Positions 1 through 9,534 of a stretch of 32,000 nucleotides of DNA are shown here, in pieces. A model generated the notes under the pieces. That model was not told where the DNA came from. It saw only the letters and a program-made list of their open reading frames with translations, and made no database searches. A program made the position numbers and the translations under genes. Source of the stretch: Xanthomonas campestris pv. campestris str. ATCC 33913 (GTDB lineage Bacteria > Pseudomonadota > Gammaproteobacteria > Xanthomonadales > Xanthomonadaceae); the NCBI RefSeq assembly GCF_000007145.1, contig NC_003902.1, positions 4,973,426 through 5,005,425 of the forward strand, read 5' to 3'. How positions within the stretch are numbered: position 1 is the stretch's first letter; each line of letters begins with the position of its first letter.

Positions 1-101
1 CGCCGAGGCGAACGCGCGCCTGCCCTAGTTGTGCCGACGACCCGCCGTGGTTGCCGCGTGGCCTGGCCGCGCCGGGCGTCGTTGTTTCCCTTCCCCAGGA
101 T

Positions 102-320
102 ATGTGGCCGATGTACGGAGAATTCAGTCTCTACGGTGTGTTCGTACCCACCCTGCTGGCGTTGATGACGCTGGCCTACCTGCTCAACAGCGCGGTTGGC
201 GCGCTGCTGACGCGGGCCGGGGCGTATCGCCACATCTGGCACCCGGCCCTGTTCAACCTGGCGCTGTACATCGCCCTGCTGGGCGGCCTGTTTTCCCTCA
301 TGCGTTGGATGCAATCGTGA
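102..320 (+). CDS. DUF1656/AaeX-like small inner-membrane protein, first gene of efflux operon
   Basis: Part of ORF 51..320. ATG at 102 is preceded by AGGA (97-100). The 73-aa product has two hydrophobic helices and a WHPALFN motif like E. coli AaeX. Its stop overlaps the next gene's GTG (GTGA 317-320). Confidence 0.7.
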   Translation: MWPMYGEFSLYGVFVPTLLALMTLAYLLNSAVGALLTRAGAYRHIWHPALFNLALYIALLGGLFSLMRWMQS

Positions 321-1240
321 AGAAGCTGATCAAGACGGCCGGGCCGGCGCTGCTGACCTTGGCAATGGTGGTGGTGGCCGCAGTGGTGCTGCAGCACCTG
401 TGGCGGTACTACATGGATGCACCGTGGACGCGCGATGCGCACGTGGGCGCCGATGTGGTTCAGGTGGCGCCGGATGTGTCCGGGCTGGTGGAGCAGGTGG
501 CGGTGGCCGACAACCAGGCGGTCACGCGCGGGCAGCTGCTGTTCGTGGTGGACCGCGCGCGTTATGCGATTGCGCTGGAACAGGCCCGCGCCGCACTGGC
601 CGAACGCCAGGCCACCCTGACCCAGCTGCGCCGCGAGATCGCACGCGACCGCAGCCTGCAGGACCTGGTGGCCGCCGAAGATGCCGAAGTGCGCCGCTCC
701 AACGTGCAGAAGGCGCAGGCCGCTGTGGCCACCGCGCAATCGGCAGTGGACCTGGCCCAGCTCAACCTGGACCGTACCGAAGTGCGCAGCCCGGCCGATG
801 GCCATATCAGCGACCGCACCGTGCGCGTGGGCGACTATGTCAGCGCAGGGCGCCCGGTGGTGGCAGTGCTGGACACCGGCTCGTTCCGCGTCGATGGCTA
901 TTTCGAGGAAACCCGCCTGCAGGGCGTGCACCCGGGCCAGCGCGTGGACGTGCACCTGATGGGCGAGCCGGTGACGCTGCACGGCCACGTGCAGAGCATC
1001 GCCGCCGGCATCGAAGACCGCTACCGCACCGGCAGCGCCGGCGCCCTGCCCAACGTCACTCCCGCCTTCGACTGGGTGCGGCTGGCGCAGCGCATCCCGG
1101 TGCGCATTGCGCTGGATGCGGTACCGGCGCAGGTGCAGTTGATCGCCGGGCGCACCGCCACCGTCACCATCCTGCCGGATGCCGCGCGCCCCGCAGCGGC
1201 CACTGCGCCTGCCCGCGTGCAGGCGAAGGCCGCGCCATGA
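317..1240 (+). CDS. HlyD/EmrA/AaeA-family membrane fusion (periplasmic adaptor) protein
   Basis: In-frame part of ORF 29..1240 starting at GTG 317. It has an N-terminal TM helix (ALLTLAMVVVAAVVL), an Ala/Gln/Arg-rich coiled-coil centre and HlyD-type beta motifs (VAPDVSGLV, VRSPADGHISDRTVRVGDYV). Confidence 0.85.
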   Translation: MKKLIKTAGPALLTLAMVVVAAVVLQHLWRYYMDAPWTRDAHVGADVVQVAPDVSGLVEQVAVADNQAVTRGQLLFVVDRARYAIALEQARAALAERQATLTQLRREIARDRSLQDLVAAEDAEVRRSNVQKAQAAVATAQSAVDLAQLNLDRTEVRSPADGHISDRTVRVGDYVSAGRPVVAVLDTGSFRVDGYFEETRLQGVHPGQRVDVHLMGEPVTLHGHVQSIAAGIEDRYRTGSAGALPNVTPAFDWVRLAQRIPVRIALDAVPAQVQLIAGRTATVTILPDAARPAAATAPARVQAKAAP

Positions 1241-2688
1241 GCCGCGCCGCGTTGCGTCACCTGGGTCTGGCGGCGGCGTTGACCGCACTGAGTGCCTGCA
1301 GCACCGTCGGCCCCGACTACGCGCTGCCGCGCGAGGCGGTCTACAACCGGCCGGCCGCCAACGCGCCGTTCCTGGACACCGGCAACGCGCAGGTGCAACC
1401 GGGCGCGCCACTCCCGGCACGCTGGTGGGCGCTGTATCAGGACCCGATGCTCGATGGCCTGGTCGAACAGGCCCTGCGCGACAACGTCGAGCTCAAGGTG
1501 GCCAGCGCCAACCTGCGCCGCGCCGCGGCCGTGTACGAGCAGGCGCTGGACGCAGGCGGGTTCGACTATGAAGTGGAAGCCGGCGTCAGCCGCGCGCAGA
1601 TCTCGGCCGAAGCCTTCCTGCAGGAAGAAAAACTGCCCGTGTTCAACCTGGCCGACGGCAAGTTCGGCGTGTCCTACCAGTTCGATCTGTTCGGCAAGCT
1701 GCAACACGGTGCCGAAGCCGCGCACGCCGACACCCAGGCCGCGCAGGCGGCGATCGACCTGGCCCGCGTCAGCGTGGCCGCACAGGTGGCCGGCAGCTAT
1801 GTGGAGATCTGCAACGCCAACCACGAGCTGCATGTGGCCGAGCACTCGCTGCAGCTGCAACAACGCAGCCGCACGGTGACCCAGCGCCTGATCAGCGCCG
1901 GCCGCGGCACCCCGCCGGATCTGGCCCGCGCCACCGCGCAGGTGGCGATGCTGGAAGCCGCGTTGCCGCCGCTGCGTGCACGCCGCCAGGCCGCCGGCTA
2001 CGCGCTGGCCGCGCTGCTGGGCAAGACCCCCGGCGAACTGCCGGCCGGGGTGGACAGCTGCGCGCACGCACCGGCGCTGCAACAGCCGATCCCGATCGGC
2101 GACGGCCGCACCCTGCTTGCGCGCCGCCCGGACGTCCGCCAGGCCGAACGCCGGCTGGCCGCGGCCACCGCGCGCATCGGCGTGGCCACCGCCGAGCTGT
2201 ATCCGGACATCCGCTTGGGCGGCTCGATCGGCGCCACCGGCCTGCTGGCCGATATCGGCGAGCCGGCGACCCACGCCTGGTCGATCGGCCCGCTGATTTC
2301 CTGGACGCTGCCGTCCAGCGGCGCGCATGCCCGCGTGCGTGCCACCGAGGCGGGTGCCGACGCGGCGGTGGCGCAGTTCGACCACACCGTGCTGCAGGCA
2401 CTGCGCGAAGTGCAGACCACGCTCTCGCGCTATGCGCAGGACCTGGACCGCCTGCGCCTGCTCGAACAGGCGCAGCAGCAGGCCGAACTGGCCTCATCGC
2501 AGAACCGCCGGCTGTACCAGGGCGGGCGCACGCCCTACCTATCCAGCCTGGATGCCGAGCGCACCCTGGCCACCGCCGACATGACCCTGGCCGATGCGCA
2601 GGCGCAGGTGTCCAAGGACCAGATCCAGTTGTTCCTGGCCCTGGGCGGTGGCTGGGAACCGGCCACCGACGCGACCGCTGCGCGATGA
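1237..2688 (+). CDS. NodT/OprM-family outer-membrane efflux lipoprotein
   Basis: ATG 1237 overlaps the upstream stop (ATGA). Lipoprotein signal with lipobox LSAC followed by STVGPDY. The C-terminal LALGGGW is typical of the family. Confidence 0.9.
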   Translation: MSRAALRHLGLAAALTALSACSTVGPDYALPREAVYNRPAANAPFLDTGNAQVQPGAPLPARWWALYQDPMLDGLVEQALRDNVELKVASANLRRAAAVYEQALDAGGFDYEVEAGVSRAQISAEAFLQEEKLPVFNLADGKFGVSYQFDLFGKLQHGAEAAHADTQAAQAAIDLARVSVAAQVAGSYVEICNANHELHVAEHSLQLQQRSRTVTQRLISAGRGTPPDLARATAQVAMLEAALPPLRARRQAAGYALAALLGKTPGELPAGVDSCAHAPALQQPIPIGDGRTLLARRPDVRQAERRLAAATARIGVATAELYPDIRLGGSIGATGLLADIGEPATHAWSIGPLISWTLPSSGAHARVRATEAGADAAVAQFDHTVLQALREVQTTLSRYAQDLDRLRLLEQAQQQAELASSQNRRLYQGGRTPYLSSLDAERTLATADMTLADAQAQVSKDQIQLFLALGGGWEPATDATAAR

Positions 2689-4985
2689 ACGCCTTGCTGC
2701 GCGACCGCCAGGCGTGGCTGTTTTCGGCCAAGACCTTCGCCGCGGCGATCGCGGCGTTGTACGTGGGCCTGGCCGGCAATCTGTCGCGCCCGTACTGGGC
2801 GATGGCCACGGTGTACATCGTCTCCCAGCCCCTGCTCGGCCCCACCCGCGCCAAGGGCGTATACCGCGTGCTAGGTACCCTGCTGGCCGGCGCGGCCACG
2901 CTGGTCATGCTGCCCAACCTGGTGGAAACGCCGCTGCTGCTCAGCGCGGCGATGGCGCTGTGGTTGTCGGCCTGCCTGTTCCTGGCGCTGCTCAATCGTG
3001 GCCCGCGCGGGTATGCCTTCCTGCTGGCCGGCTACACCACCGCCTTTATCGGCTTTCCGGCGGTGACCGCGCCGGAAGGCATTTTCGATACCGTGGTGGC
3101 GCGCAGCGAAGAGATCATTCTGGGCACGGTGATGGCGGTGCTGTTCGCCGCGCTGGTGTTCCCGGCCTCGGTGCGGCCGATGCTCACCGCACGCATCGGC
3201 AACTGGATGCAGGACGCGGCGCAATGGTGCCGGCAGGTGCTGCAGCGCGGCCCGGCACAGGCGCCGCGCAACCGGCTGGCCGCCGACCTGGTGCAGTTCG
3301 AGGCCTTGATCGCCTTCGTGCGGCATGACGACCCGCGCCACGCCGGGGCCGCCCCCGCGCTGGAACACTTGCGCGCGCGCATGTTGCTGCTGCTGCCGGT
3401 GCTGTCCTCGATCGCCGACCGGCTGGATGCCTTGCACGCAGCCTCACGCGCGCTGCCGGGCGAGCTGATCGCGCTGCTGGAGGACATCGGCGCCTGGGTG
3501 GAGCGCGCTGGGCCCGATGCCGCACAGACCGCGGCTGAGCAGCCCGAAATGATCTCTGCAGGCGACGCCGATGCCGACGCGGCGGTGGCCAGCCTGCGTG
3601 CCCGCATCGCTGCACTGCGCCCGGCGGTGGATGACGACCTGCAGCATCTGCTGCTGGCCAGCCTGCTGCTGCGCCTGGAGGAACTGCTGGATCTGTGGCA
3701 GGACTGCCGCGCGCTGGAATCCGCCTTGCTGCAGGGCACGGCGTTACCTGCGTTGCCGGCTGCAGCACGTGATCGCGCTGTACCGGAAACCGATGCCGGG
3801 GCCGGCGCCGAGGTGCGCCTGCGATCGACCGTGCCGCAACATGTGGGCAAGTCGGGCGGCGAGACATCGCCCGGTGCTCCCGCACACGCGGACACCGCGC
3901 CCAGCGCCGCGTCCAGCCAGCCCGCATCGCTGCTACAACGCCTCACCCGCTCTTCCAGCCGCCTTTCCACCGATGCACCGGCCACGGCAGGTGACGCACG
4001 GCATATCGACTACGGCATGGCGGCGTTTTCTGCGTTGAGCGCCGGCTTCGCGCTGATGGCGTACTGCGTGCTGTGGATCGGCATCGACTGGGAAGGCGGC
4101 GGCAATGGCGCGATGATGGCGGCGGTCACGGCCGCCTTCTTTGCCGCGCAGGACGACCCCGCGCCCAGCATGGTGTCCTTCCTTACCTGGGCGGTGGTCG
4201 CCAGCGTGGTGGCGGGCATCTACCTGTTCGGCATCTTCCCGGCCATCCATGATTTCCCGATGCTGGTGCTGGTACTGGCCGCGGTGTTTTTGCCGCTGGG
4301 CGCGTTGCTGCATCGGCCCAAGACCATGTTGATCGCGCTGCCGCTGGTGGTGAATCTCACCGCGCTGCTGAGCCTGCAGAACACCTACAACGCCAACATC
4401 CAGAGCTTCGTCAACGCTGCGGTAGCGATGGTGCTGGGCATTGGATTTGCCGTGGTGCTGACGCGGCTGTTCCGCTCGGTGGGTGCCGAATGGAGCGCAC
4501 GCCGGCTGGTGCGGCAGGGCTGGCGCACGCTGGCCGCTGCCGCCGATGGCCGTGGTGCGCAGGACCGCCACCAGTTCGCCGCACGCATGCTCGATTTGCT
4601 CGGCCTGCTCGCGCCACGCCTGGCGGTGGCACCGCCCGGTAGCGACCTGGCGTCGGTGGACATGCTCACCGAAATCCGCGTGGGCTTGAACATCCTCCAG
4701 CTGCGCCGCGCCCGGCATGGCCTGCCGCCAGCGAGCATCGCCGCGGTGGACGCGATCCTTGCCGATGTGGCCACGCATTACCGGCAGCAGGTGGCGCACA
4801 AGCGCCCGCTGCCCGGCCCCGACACCTTGCGCACACGCCTGGACGCCTCGCTGGCGCGCGTTGGCCAGGTGCCGGCCGGCACGCACCGCGATGAAGCCCT
4901 GCTCGGCTTGATCGGCTTGCGTTCCAGCCTGTTCGTTGACGCAACCGTGCCGGACAACGCGACAGGGCATCCGCAGTTGGCGTGA
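2685..4985 (+). CDS. FUSC-family (fusaric acid resistance / AaeB-like) inner-membrane efflux protein
   Basis: 766-aa ORF with ATGA overlap to the OMF gene. Two polytopic hydrophobic halves are separated by a long soluble Ala/Leu-rich region, as in FusB/AaeB. Confidence 0.9.
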   Translation: MNALLRDRQAWLFSAKTFAAAIAALYVGLAGNLSRPYWAMATVYIVSQPLLGPTRAKGVYRVLGTLLAGAATLVMLPNLVETPLLLSAAMALWLSACLFLALLNRGPRGYAFLLAGYTTAFIGFPAVTAPEGIFDTVVARSEEIILGTVMAVLFAALVFPASVRPMLTARIGNWMQDAAQWCRQVLQRGPAQAPRNRLAADLVQFEALIAFVRHDDPRHAGAAPALEHLRARMLLLLPVLSSIADRLDALHAASRALPGELIALLEDIGAWVERAGPDAAQTAAEQPEMISAGDADADAAVASLRARIAALRPAVDDDLQHLLLASLLLRLEELLDLWQDCRALESALLQGTALPALPAAARDRAVPETDAGAGAEVRLRSTVPQHVGKSGGETSPGAPAHADTAPSAASSQPASLLQRLTRSSSRLSTDAPATAGDARHIDYGMAAFSALSAGFALMAYCVLWIGIDWEGGGNGAMMAAVTAAFFAAQDDPAPSMVSFLTWAVVASVVAGIYLFGIFPAIHDFPMLVLVLAAVFLPLGALLHRPKTMLIALPLVVNLTALLSLQNTYNANIQSFVNAAVAMVLGIGFAVVLTRLFRSVGAEWSARRLVRQGWRTLAAAADGRGAQDRHQFAARMLDLLGLLAPRLAVAPPGSDLASVDMLTEIRVGLNILQLRRARHGLPPASIAAVDAILADVATHYRQQVAHKRPLPGPDTLRTRLDASLARVGQVPAGTHRDEALLGLIGLRSSLFVDATVPDNATGHPQLA

Positions 4986-5293
4986 GTCGCGCTTCTTTCA
5001 AAGCGATCAAGCAGTGTTTGCATGCCACTGGCGCGCGTTGCCTTGTGTGCCGGTGTTGCGACACGGAGCCGCGTGTGGCGAGTCATGAGTACGCAAGAGA
5101 CAGCACCGACACGTGCGGTGCAGATCGTCATCAACCACCGCGCGGCTCGTGGACCGAGACAGCGCGCTCACCACCATCTCAAGACGCCATCTGACGCAGC
5201 AGGTGCCTCATCTTCAAAGACGTGTGGCGGCAAGGGAGTCCTCGCCGCCACCTGGCAGTGCGCTGAGCCGCACCCTCATCCGCCCTTCGAGCA

Positions 5294-5314
5294 CCTTCTC
5301 CCGATGGGAGAAGG
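5294..5314. terminator. Perfect 9-bp stem / 3-nt loop hairpin between convergent genes (possible bidirectional terminator or REP-like element)
   Basis: CCTTCTCCC-GAT-GGGAGAAGG lies 25 nt beyond the stop of the minus-strand permease gene. There is no clear U-tract. Confidence 0.3.
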
Positions 5315-5338
5315 ATCCCTAAAGCACGCCAGCGCACC

Positions 5339-6700
5339 TCAGCGCTTGCGCGTATGCATCACGTCTTCGTGGTCCAGCCAATTGCTGCCCTTGTTGGTCA
5401 GGAAGAAGATGTAGACCACCAAAGACACCGCGATCACCGCCGTGGCGTAGATCACGAACTCGCTCACGTGGCCGGTCTTCAACGAGGCCTGGTACAGCAG
5501 CGGCGCGGTGCCACCAAACGCGGAATTGGCCAGCGCATAGCCCAGGCCGACGCCCAGCGCGCGCACATGGGTGGGGAACAGCTCGGCCTTCACCACCGCG
5601 TTGATCGAGGTGTAGCCGGTCAGGATCACAAAGCCCACGGTGAGGATCGCGAACGCGGTCAGCCAGTCGGTCTGCTTGGGCAGTTCCATCACCAGGAACC
5701 AGGTGTAGAGCACGCCGCCGATGCCGAAGAACACCAACAGGCTCTTGCGGCCCACGATGTCCGACAACCAGCCACCCACCGGCTGCATCAGCATCAGCAC
5801 CGTCAGCGCAACCAGGTTGATGATGGTGCCGGCCATCACGTCGCCACCGGCGAACGCGGTCTGGATCATCTTCGGGCCGGTCACCGAGTAGGTGTAGAAC
5901 GCGATCGTGCCGCCGGCGGTGATCAAGAAGCACAGCAGCAGCGGGCGCCACTGGTTGACGAACAACTCACGCATCGAACCGGAGGCCTTGGCCTTGCCGG
6001 TGCGCGAATCGGCAATCGATTCGGAGCTCAGCGACTCGTCCATGGTCTGGCGCAGCCAGAACACCACCAACGCGCCGATACCGCCCAGGCCGAACGCCAC
6101 GCGCCAGCCCCACTCCGACACCTGCGGTGCATCGAAGAAATGCAGCATCACCAGCAACGTGGTCTGCGCCAGCACGTGGCCGCCCACCAGGGTGACGTAA
6201 TGGAACGACGACAAAAATCCGCGTCGGCCGGGAATGGCCGCTTCGGACATGTAGGTGGCGCTGGTGCCGTATTCGCCACCGGTCGCAAAGCCCTGCAACA
6301 GGCGCGCCAGCAACAGGATGATCGGTGCGGCAATGCCAATGGTGGACACCGTCGGCGTGATCGCGATGACGAACGAGCACAGCGCCATCATCGACACCGA
6401 AATGGTCAGCGCCAACCGGCGGCCATAGCGGTCGGCGAAGCGGCCGAAGTACCACGCGCCGATCGGCCGCATCAGGAAGGTCATCGCGAAGATCGCCCAC
6501 ACGAACATGGTGGCGTTCTTGTCTTCCTTGGAGAAGAACTGCGATTCGAAATAGGTCGCGAACACCGAGTAGACGTAGACGTCATACCACTCGACGAGAT
6601 TGCCGGCCGATCCCTTGAGCGTGTTGGACACCGAGCGGCGAAGGCTGCCGGGTGCTGCGCCAGAACCGGCGGCAATCGGAGACGATGGGGGTGCGCTCAT
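5339..6700 (-). CDS. kgtP: MFS metabolite:H+ symporter, alpha-ketoglutarate permease-like
   Basis: ORF 5339..6778 with ATG at 6700 (MSAPPSS). Close motif agreement with E. coli KgtP as I recall it: GNLVEWYDVYVYS, LMRPIGAWYFGRFADRYGRR, GGEYGTSATYMSEAA, KAELFPTHVRALGVGL. Confidence 0.85.
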   Translation of the reverse strand: MSAPPSSPIAAGSGAAPGSLRRSVSNTLKGSAGNLVEWYDVYVYSVFATYFESQFFSKEDKNATMFVWAIFAMTFLMRPIGAWYFGRFADRYGRRLALTISVSMMALCSFVIAITPTVSTIGIAAPIILLLARLLQGFATGGEYGTSATYMSEAAIPGRRGFLSSFHYVTLVGGHVLAQTTLLVMLHFFDAPQVSEWGWRVAFGLGGIGALVVFWLRQTMDESLSSESIADSRTGKAKASGSMRELFVNQWRPLLLCFLITAGGTIAFYTYSVTGPKMIQTAFAGGDVMAGTIINLVALTVLMLMQPVGGWLSDIVGRKSLLVFFGIGGVLYTWFLVMELPKQTDWLTAFAILTVGFVILTGYTSINAVVKAELFPTHVRALGVGLGYALANSAFGGTAPLLYQASLKTGHVSEFVIYATAVIAVSLVVYIFFLTNKGSNWLDHEDVMHTRKR

Positions 6701-6892
6701 GCGGTCAGAACCTCTTGGTGGGACAGCCCCGGAGTATAGGTGCGCGCTTGTGTGACGCATGTAAGCATTTCGGCGCATAGGCAGGCGCCGCGCAAGCGGC
6801 TAGTCCGCCGGTGTCTGTGGCTGGAAACCACTACGTTGCAGGCGCGCTGCGTGTGTTCCATCGCCAAATGCAGCTGCGTAAGGCGTGACGCT

Positions 6893-7438
6893 TCAGCTCG
6901 CTTTCGGCGTCGGCGCGCTCAGCGATTTGCTGTACATGCCCGAGCGATCGAAGCAACACGCGCGCCGCTTGCCGGAGCCCAGCATGTCGCAGGCGGTGGC
7001 AATGCGCTTGCTTCGCGTCTCGGCCTTTTTCCCCGAGGTGACCCAGAAAATCCAGTCGCGCCGCGCCACCGCAGTGATGTCGTTCCAGGTCGCCTGCGCG
7101 GCGGGGTGCGCGGCAAGTGCGGCGTGCAGATCGTCGGGCACCACCGGCTCGGGCTCCACTTCCACCGGTGCGATCTCCAGCGTCACCGTGTCGCCGGCGG
7201 CCACCCCGGCGGCGCGCTGCAGCGCGGCGTCCAGCTTCAGCCAATGCCCGCCCTGCCCGTCCGGTTGCAGCGTGGCCTGCAATGGATGCCCGGCCAGGCT
7301 GCCGCGCACGCTGACCATGCTGCGCGTCGGCAATGCGCCGCTTGCGTTGGCAGGCAGCACTAGAAACACCCACGTGGCATCGGCCGGCGTTGCCGGTTGC
7401 AGCAAGGTGGTGGTGAAGCGGATGGCGGCGGTGCCCAT
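6893..7438 (-). CDS. DUF1905 + YdeI/OmpD-associated family protein
   Basis: ORF 6893..7552; likely ATG at 7438 (MGTAAIRFTTTL). N-terminal DUF1905-like beta region, then a C-terminal YdeI-like segment (WNDITAVARRDWIFWVTSGKKAETRSKRI). Confidence 0.7.
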   Translation of the reverse strand: MGTAAIRFTTTLLQPATPADATWVFLVLPANASGALPTRSMVSVRGSLAGHPLQATLQPDGQGGHWLKLDAALQRAAGVAAGDTVTLEIAPVEVEPEPVVPDDLHAALAAHPAAQATWNDITAVARRDWIFWVTSGKKAETRSKRIATACDMLGSGKRRACCFDRSGMYSKSLSAPTPKAS

Positions 7439-7548
7439 GGCGCGGACGATAGCACCGCAAATGGCTGGCATCTGCTGCCTGCGCGGTGCGGTGCTGGCGC
7501 GTGCGCAGGCATGCAAACCGCCACACGCTCGAGGCCGCATGCGCGCGC

Positions 7549-8451
7549 TCACGCCTCCTGCGGCAGCAGTTCCTTAAGCGTATCGATCAACGCGCGCAAG
7601 CCCGGCGGCAACTGGCGTCGCCCCGGGTAATACAGCACCAGCCCCGGAAACGCCGGGCACCACGCCTCCAACACCTGCACCAGCGTGCCGCGCTGCAGTG
7701 CTGCGCGCACCGCGTATTCGGGCACATAGGCAATGCCCAGCCCGCCTTCGGCGGCTTCGCACATCAGCGGGATCTGGTCCAGGGTGAGCCGCCCGGGCAC
7801 ATCGATCACCACGTCCTCGCCCCGCCGTTCGAACTCCCAGCGATACAGCTTGCCGCTGGGCATGCGGTGGCGGATGCAGGCGTGCCGCTGCAAGGCATCG
7901 GGCGTGTCGGGCGTCCCGGCGCGTGCGAGATAGTCCGGTGCGGCAACCGCCACGAAACGTGCCGGCCCACCGAACGGCACCGCCACCATGTCCTGCGGCA
8001 CCGACTCGCTGAAGCGGATGCCGGCATCGAACCCGGCCGCCACGATATCCACCAGCCGGCCTTCGCTCACCAGATCCACCGACAGCGCCGGGTAGCGCGC
8101 CAGCACGTGCGGCACCACCTGCTGCAGCAGCAACTGCACCACCACTTCGGGCGCGTTGATCCGCACGGTGCCGGTGGGCCCGCCGCGGAAATCGTCCAGC
8201 TCCAGCAACGCCTGGTCCACGTCCTGCAGCGCCGGGACCAACTTTGCGTACAGGCGCGCGCCGGCTTCGGTGAGCGACACGCTGCGCGTGGTCCGGTGCA
8301 GCAGGCGCACGCCGAGGTTGCGCTCCAGCGCGCTGATCACATGGCTGAGCGACGACGGTGCCAACCCGACCTCGCTGGCCGCACGCCGGAAGCTGCGGTG
8401 CGTGGCCACGGCAGTGAACGCGGCAAGGTCGTTGAACGAGGGCTTGGGCAT
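7549..8451 (-). CDS. LysR-family transcriptional regulator
   Basis: ATG at 8451 (the ORF-track start at 8460 is TTG). N-terminal wHTH (FNDLAAFTAVATHRSFRRAASEVGLAPSSLSHVISALERNLGVRLLHRTTRSVSLTEAG) plus a LysR substrate-binding domain. Divergent to the SDR gene. Confidence 0.9.
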   Translation of the reverse strand: MPKPSFNDLAAFTAVATHRSFRRAASEVGLAPSSLSHVISALERNLGVRLLHRTTRSVSLTEAGARLYAKLVPALQDVDQALLELDDFRGGPTGTVRINAPEVVVQLLLQQVVPHVLARYPALSVDLVSEGRLVDIVAAGFDAGIRFSESVPQDMVAVPFGGPARFVAVAAPDYLARAGTPDTPDALQRHACIRHRMPSGKLYRWEFERRGEDVVIDVPGRLTLDQIPLMCEAAEGGLGIAYVPEYAVRAALQRGTLVQVLEAWCPAFPGLVLYYPGRRQLPPGLRALIDTLKELLPQEA

Positions 8452-8551
8452 TGGTGGCAAAACCGCATCAACTCATTCGAACTCTATGCCATAGACCCAG
8501 CAATCCGCGGTTTCTAGAGTGGGGCTCCTCTCCGAACCACAGGCCACTCCC

Positions 8552-9391
8552 ATGTCCACGACCTGGCTCATCACTGGCGCCTCTTCCGGCTTCGGCCGCG
8601 GCCTGACCCAGACCCTGCTGGCGCGCGGCGATCGCGTCGCCGCCACCGTGCGGCGGGCGGACGCCCTGGCCGACCTGCAGGCAGCGCACGGCAACGCATT
8701 GACCGTACTGCAGCTGGACGTGCGCGACACCGCCGCGGTGCAGGCGGTCGTGGCACAGGCATTCGCGGCGCTGGGCCGCATCGATGTGGTGATCAGCAAC
8801 GCCGGCTACGGCACGCTGGGCGCGGCCGAGGCCGCCACCGACGCGCAGGTGCGCGCGCTGATCGACACCAACCTCATCGGCTCCATCAGCGTGATCCAGG
8901 CCGCGCTGCCGCACCTGCGCCGGCAAGGTGGCGGGCACGTGGTGCAAGTGTCCTCCGAGGGCGGGCAGATCGCCTACCCCGGCTTCAGCCTGTACCACGC
9001 CAGCAAGTGGGGGATCGAAGGCTATGTCGAAGCGGTGCGCCAGGAAGTGGCCGGCTTCGGCATCCAGTTCACCCTGGCCGAACCCGGCCCGGCGCGCACC
9101 AACTTCGGCGCCGCACTGGAACGCACCGCACTGCCGCCCGACTACGCCAACACCCCGGTCGACGCACTGCTCCGCGCGCTGGACGACGGCAGCTGGGTCA
9201 TCACCGGCGACCCGCAGCGCATGGTGGACGCGATGATCGCCTGCACCGAACAGACCCCACCGCCGCTGCGCCTGGTCATGGGCACCGCGGCGTATCACGC
9301 CATCCACGCCGCCCTCAGCACGCGCCTGGCTGCGCTCGAAGCCCAACGCGCGATCGCGTTTTCCACTGATGCACCGGCGACGGCGCACTAG
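8552..9391 (+). CDS. Short-chain dehydrogenase/reductase (SDR) family oxidoreductase
   Basis: ATG at 8552 (MSTTWLITGASSGFG = TGxxxGxG). Also NAG motif (ISNAGYG) and catalytic YxxxK (YHASK). Confidence 0.9.
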   Translation: MSTTWLITGASSGFGRGLTQTLLARGDRVAATVRRADALADLQAAHGNALTVLQLDVRDTAAVQAVVAQAFAALGRIDVVISNAGYGTLGAAEAATDAQVRALIDTNLIGSISVIQAALPHLRRQGGGHVVQVSSEGGQIAYPGFSLYHASKWGIEGYVEAVRQEVAGFGIQFTLAEPGPARTNFGAALERTALPPDYANTPVDALLRALDDGSWVITGDPQRMVDAMIACTEQTPPPLRLVMGTAAYHAIHAALSTRLAALEAQRAIAFSTDAPATAH

Positions 9392-9534
9392 CGCAAGCCG
9401 CGGCGCTGATAACGGCCGCTCGCATCTCTCCGCCAGCGCGCAGTTGCCGCTCCCCTTCACAACCTCCACCGCGCCGGCTTGCCAGAATGCCGGCCGCTTG
9501 AGGCCGCGACGGCGCGGGAAACGGGAGTGGATGC

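Noticed and set aside
176-4970. Long ORFs antisense to or overlapping the efflux operon (e.g. 176..1420 -, 400..2688 + upstream part, 1021..2385 -, 1892..2995 -, 3032..3985 -, 3184..3927 -, 3933..4970 -).
   Set aside because: Their Arg/Ala/Gly/Pro-rich low-complexity translations are typical of stop-poor alternative frames in ~70% GC DNA. They have no recognisable domains or RBSs and overlap well-supported genes.
5022-5414. The 130-aa plus-strand ORF in the gap between the FUSC and permease genes (also 4982..5194 and 5113..5322).
   Set aside because: It has no RBS and odd composition, and its 3' end overlaps the permease gene's end. The region is better explained as a convergent intergenic spacer with a hairpin.
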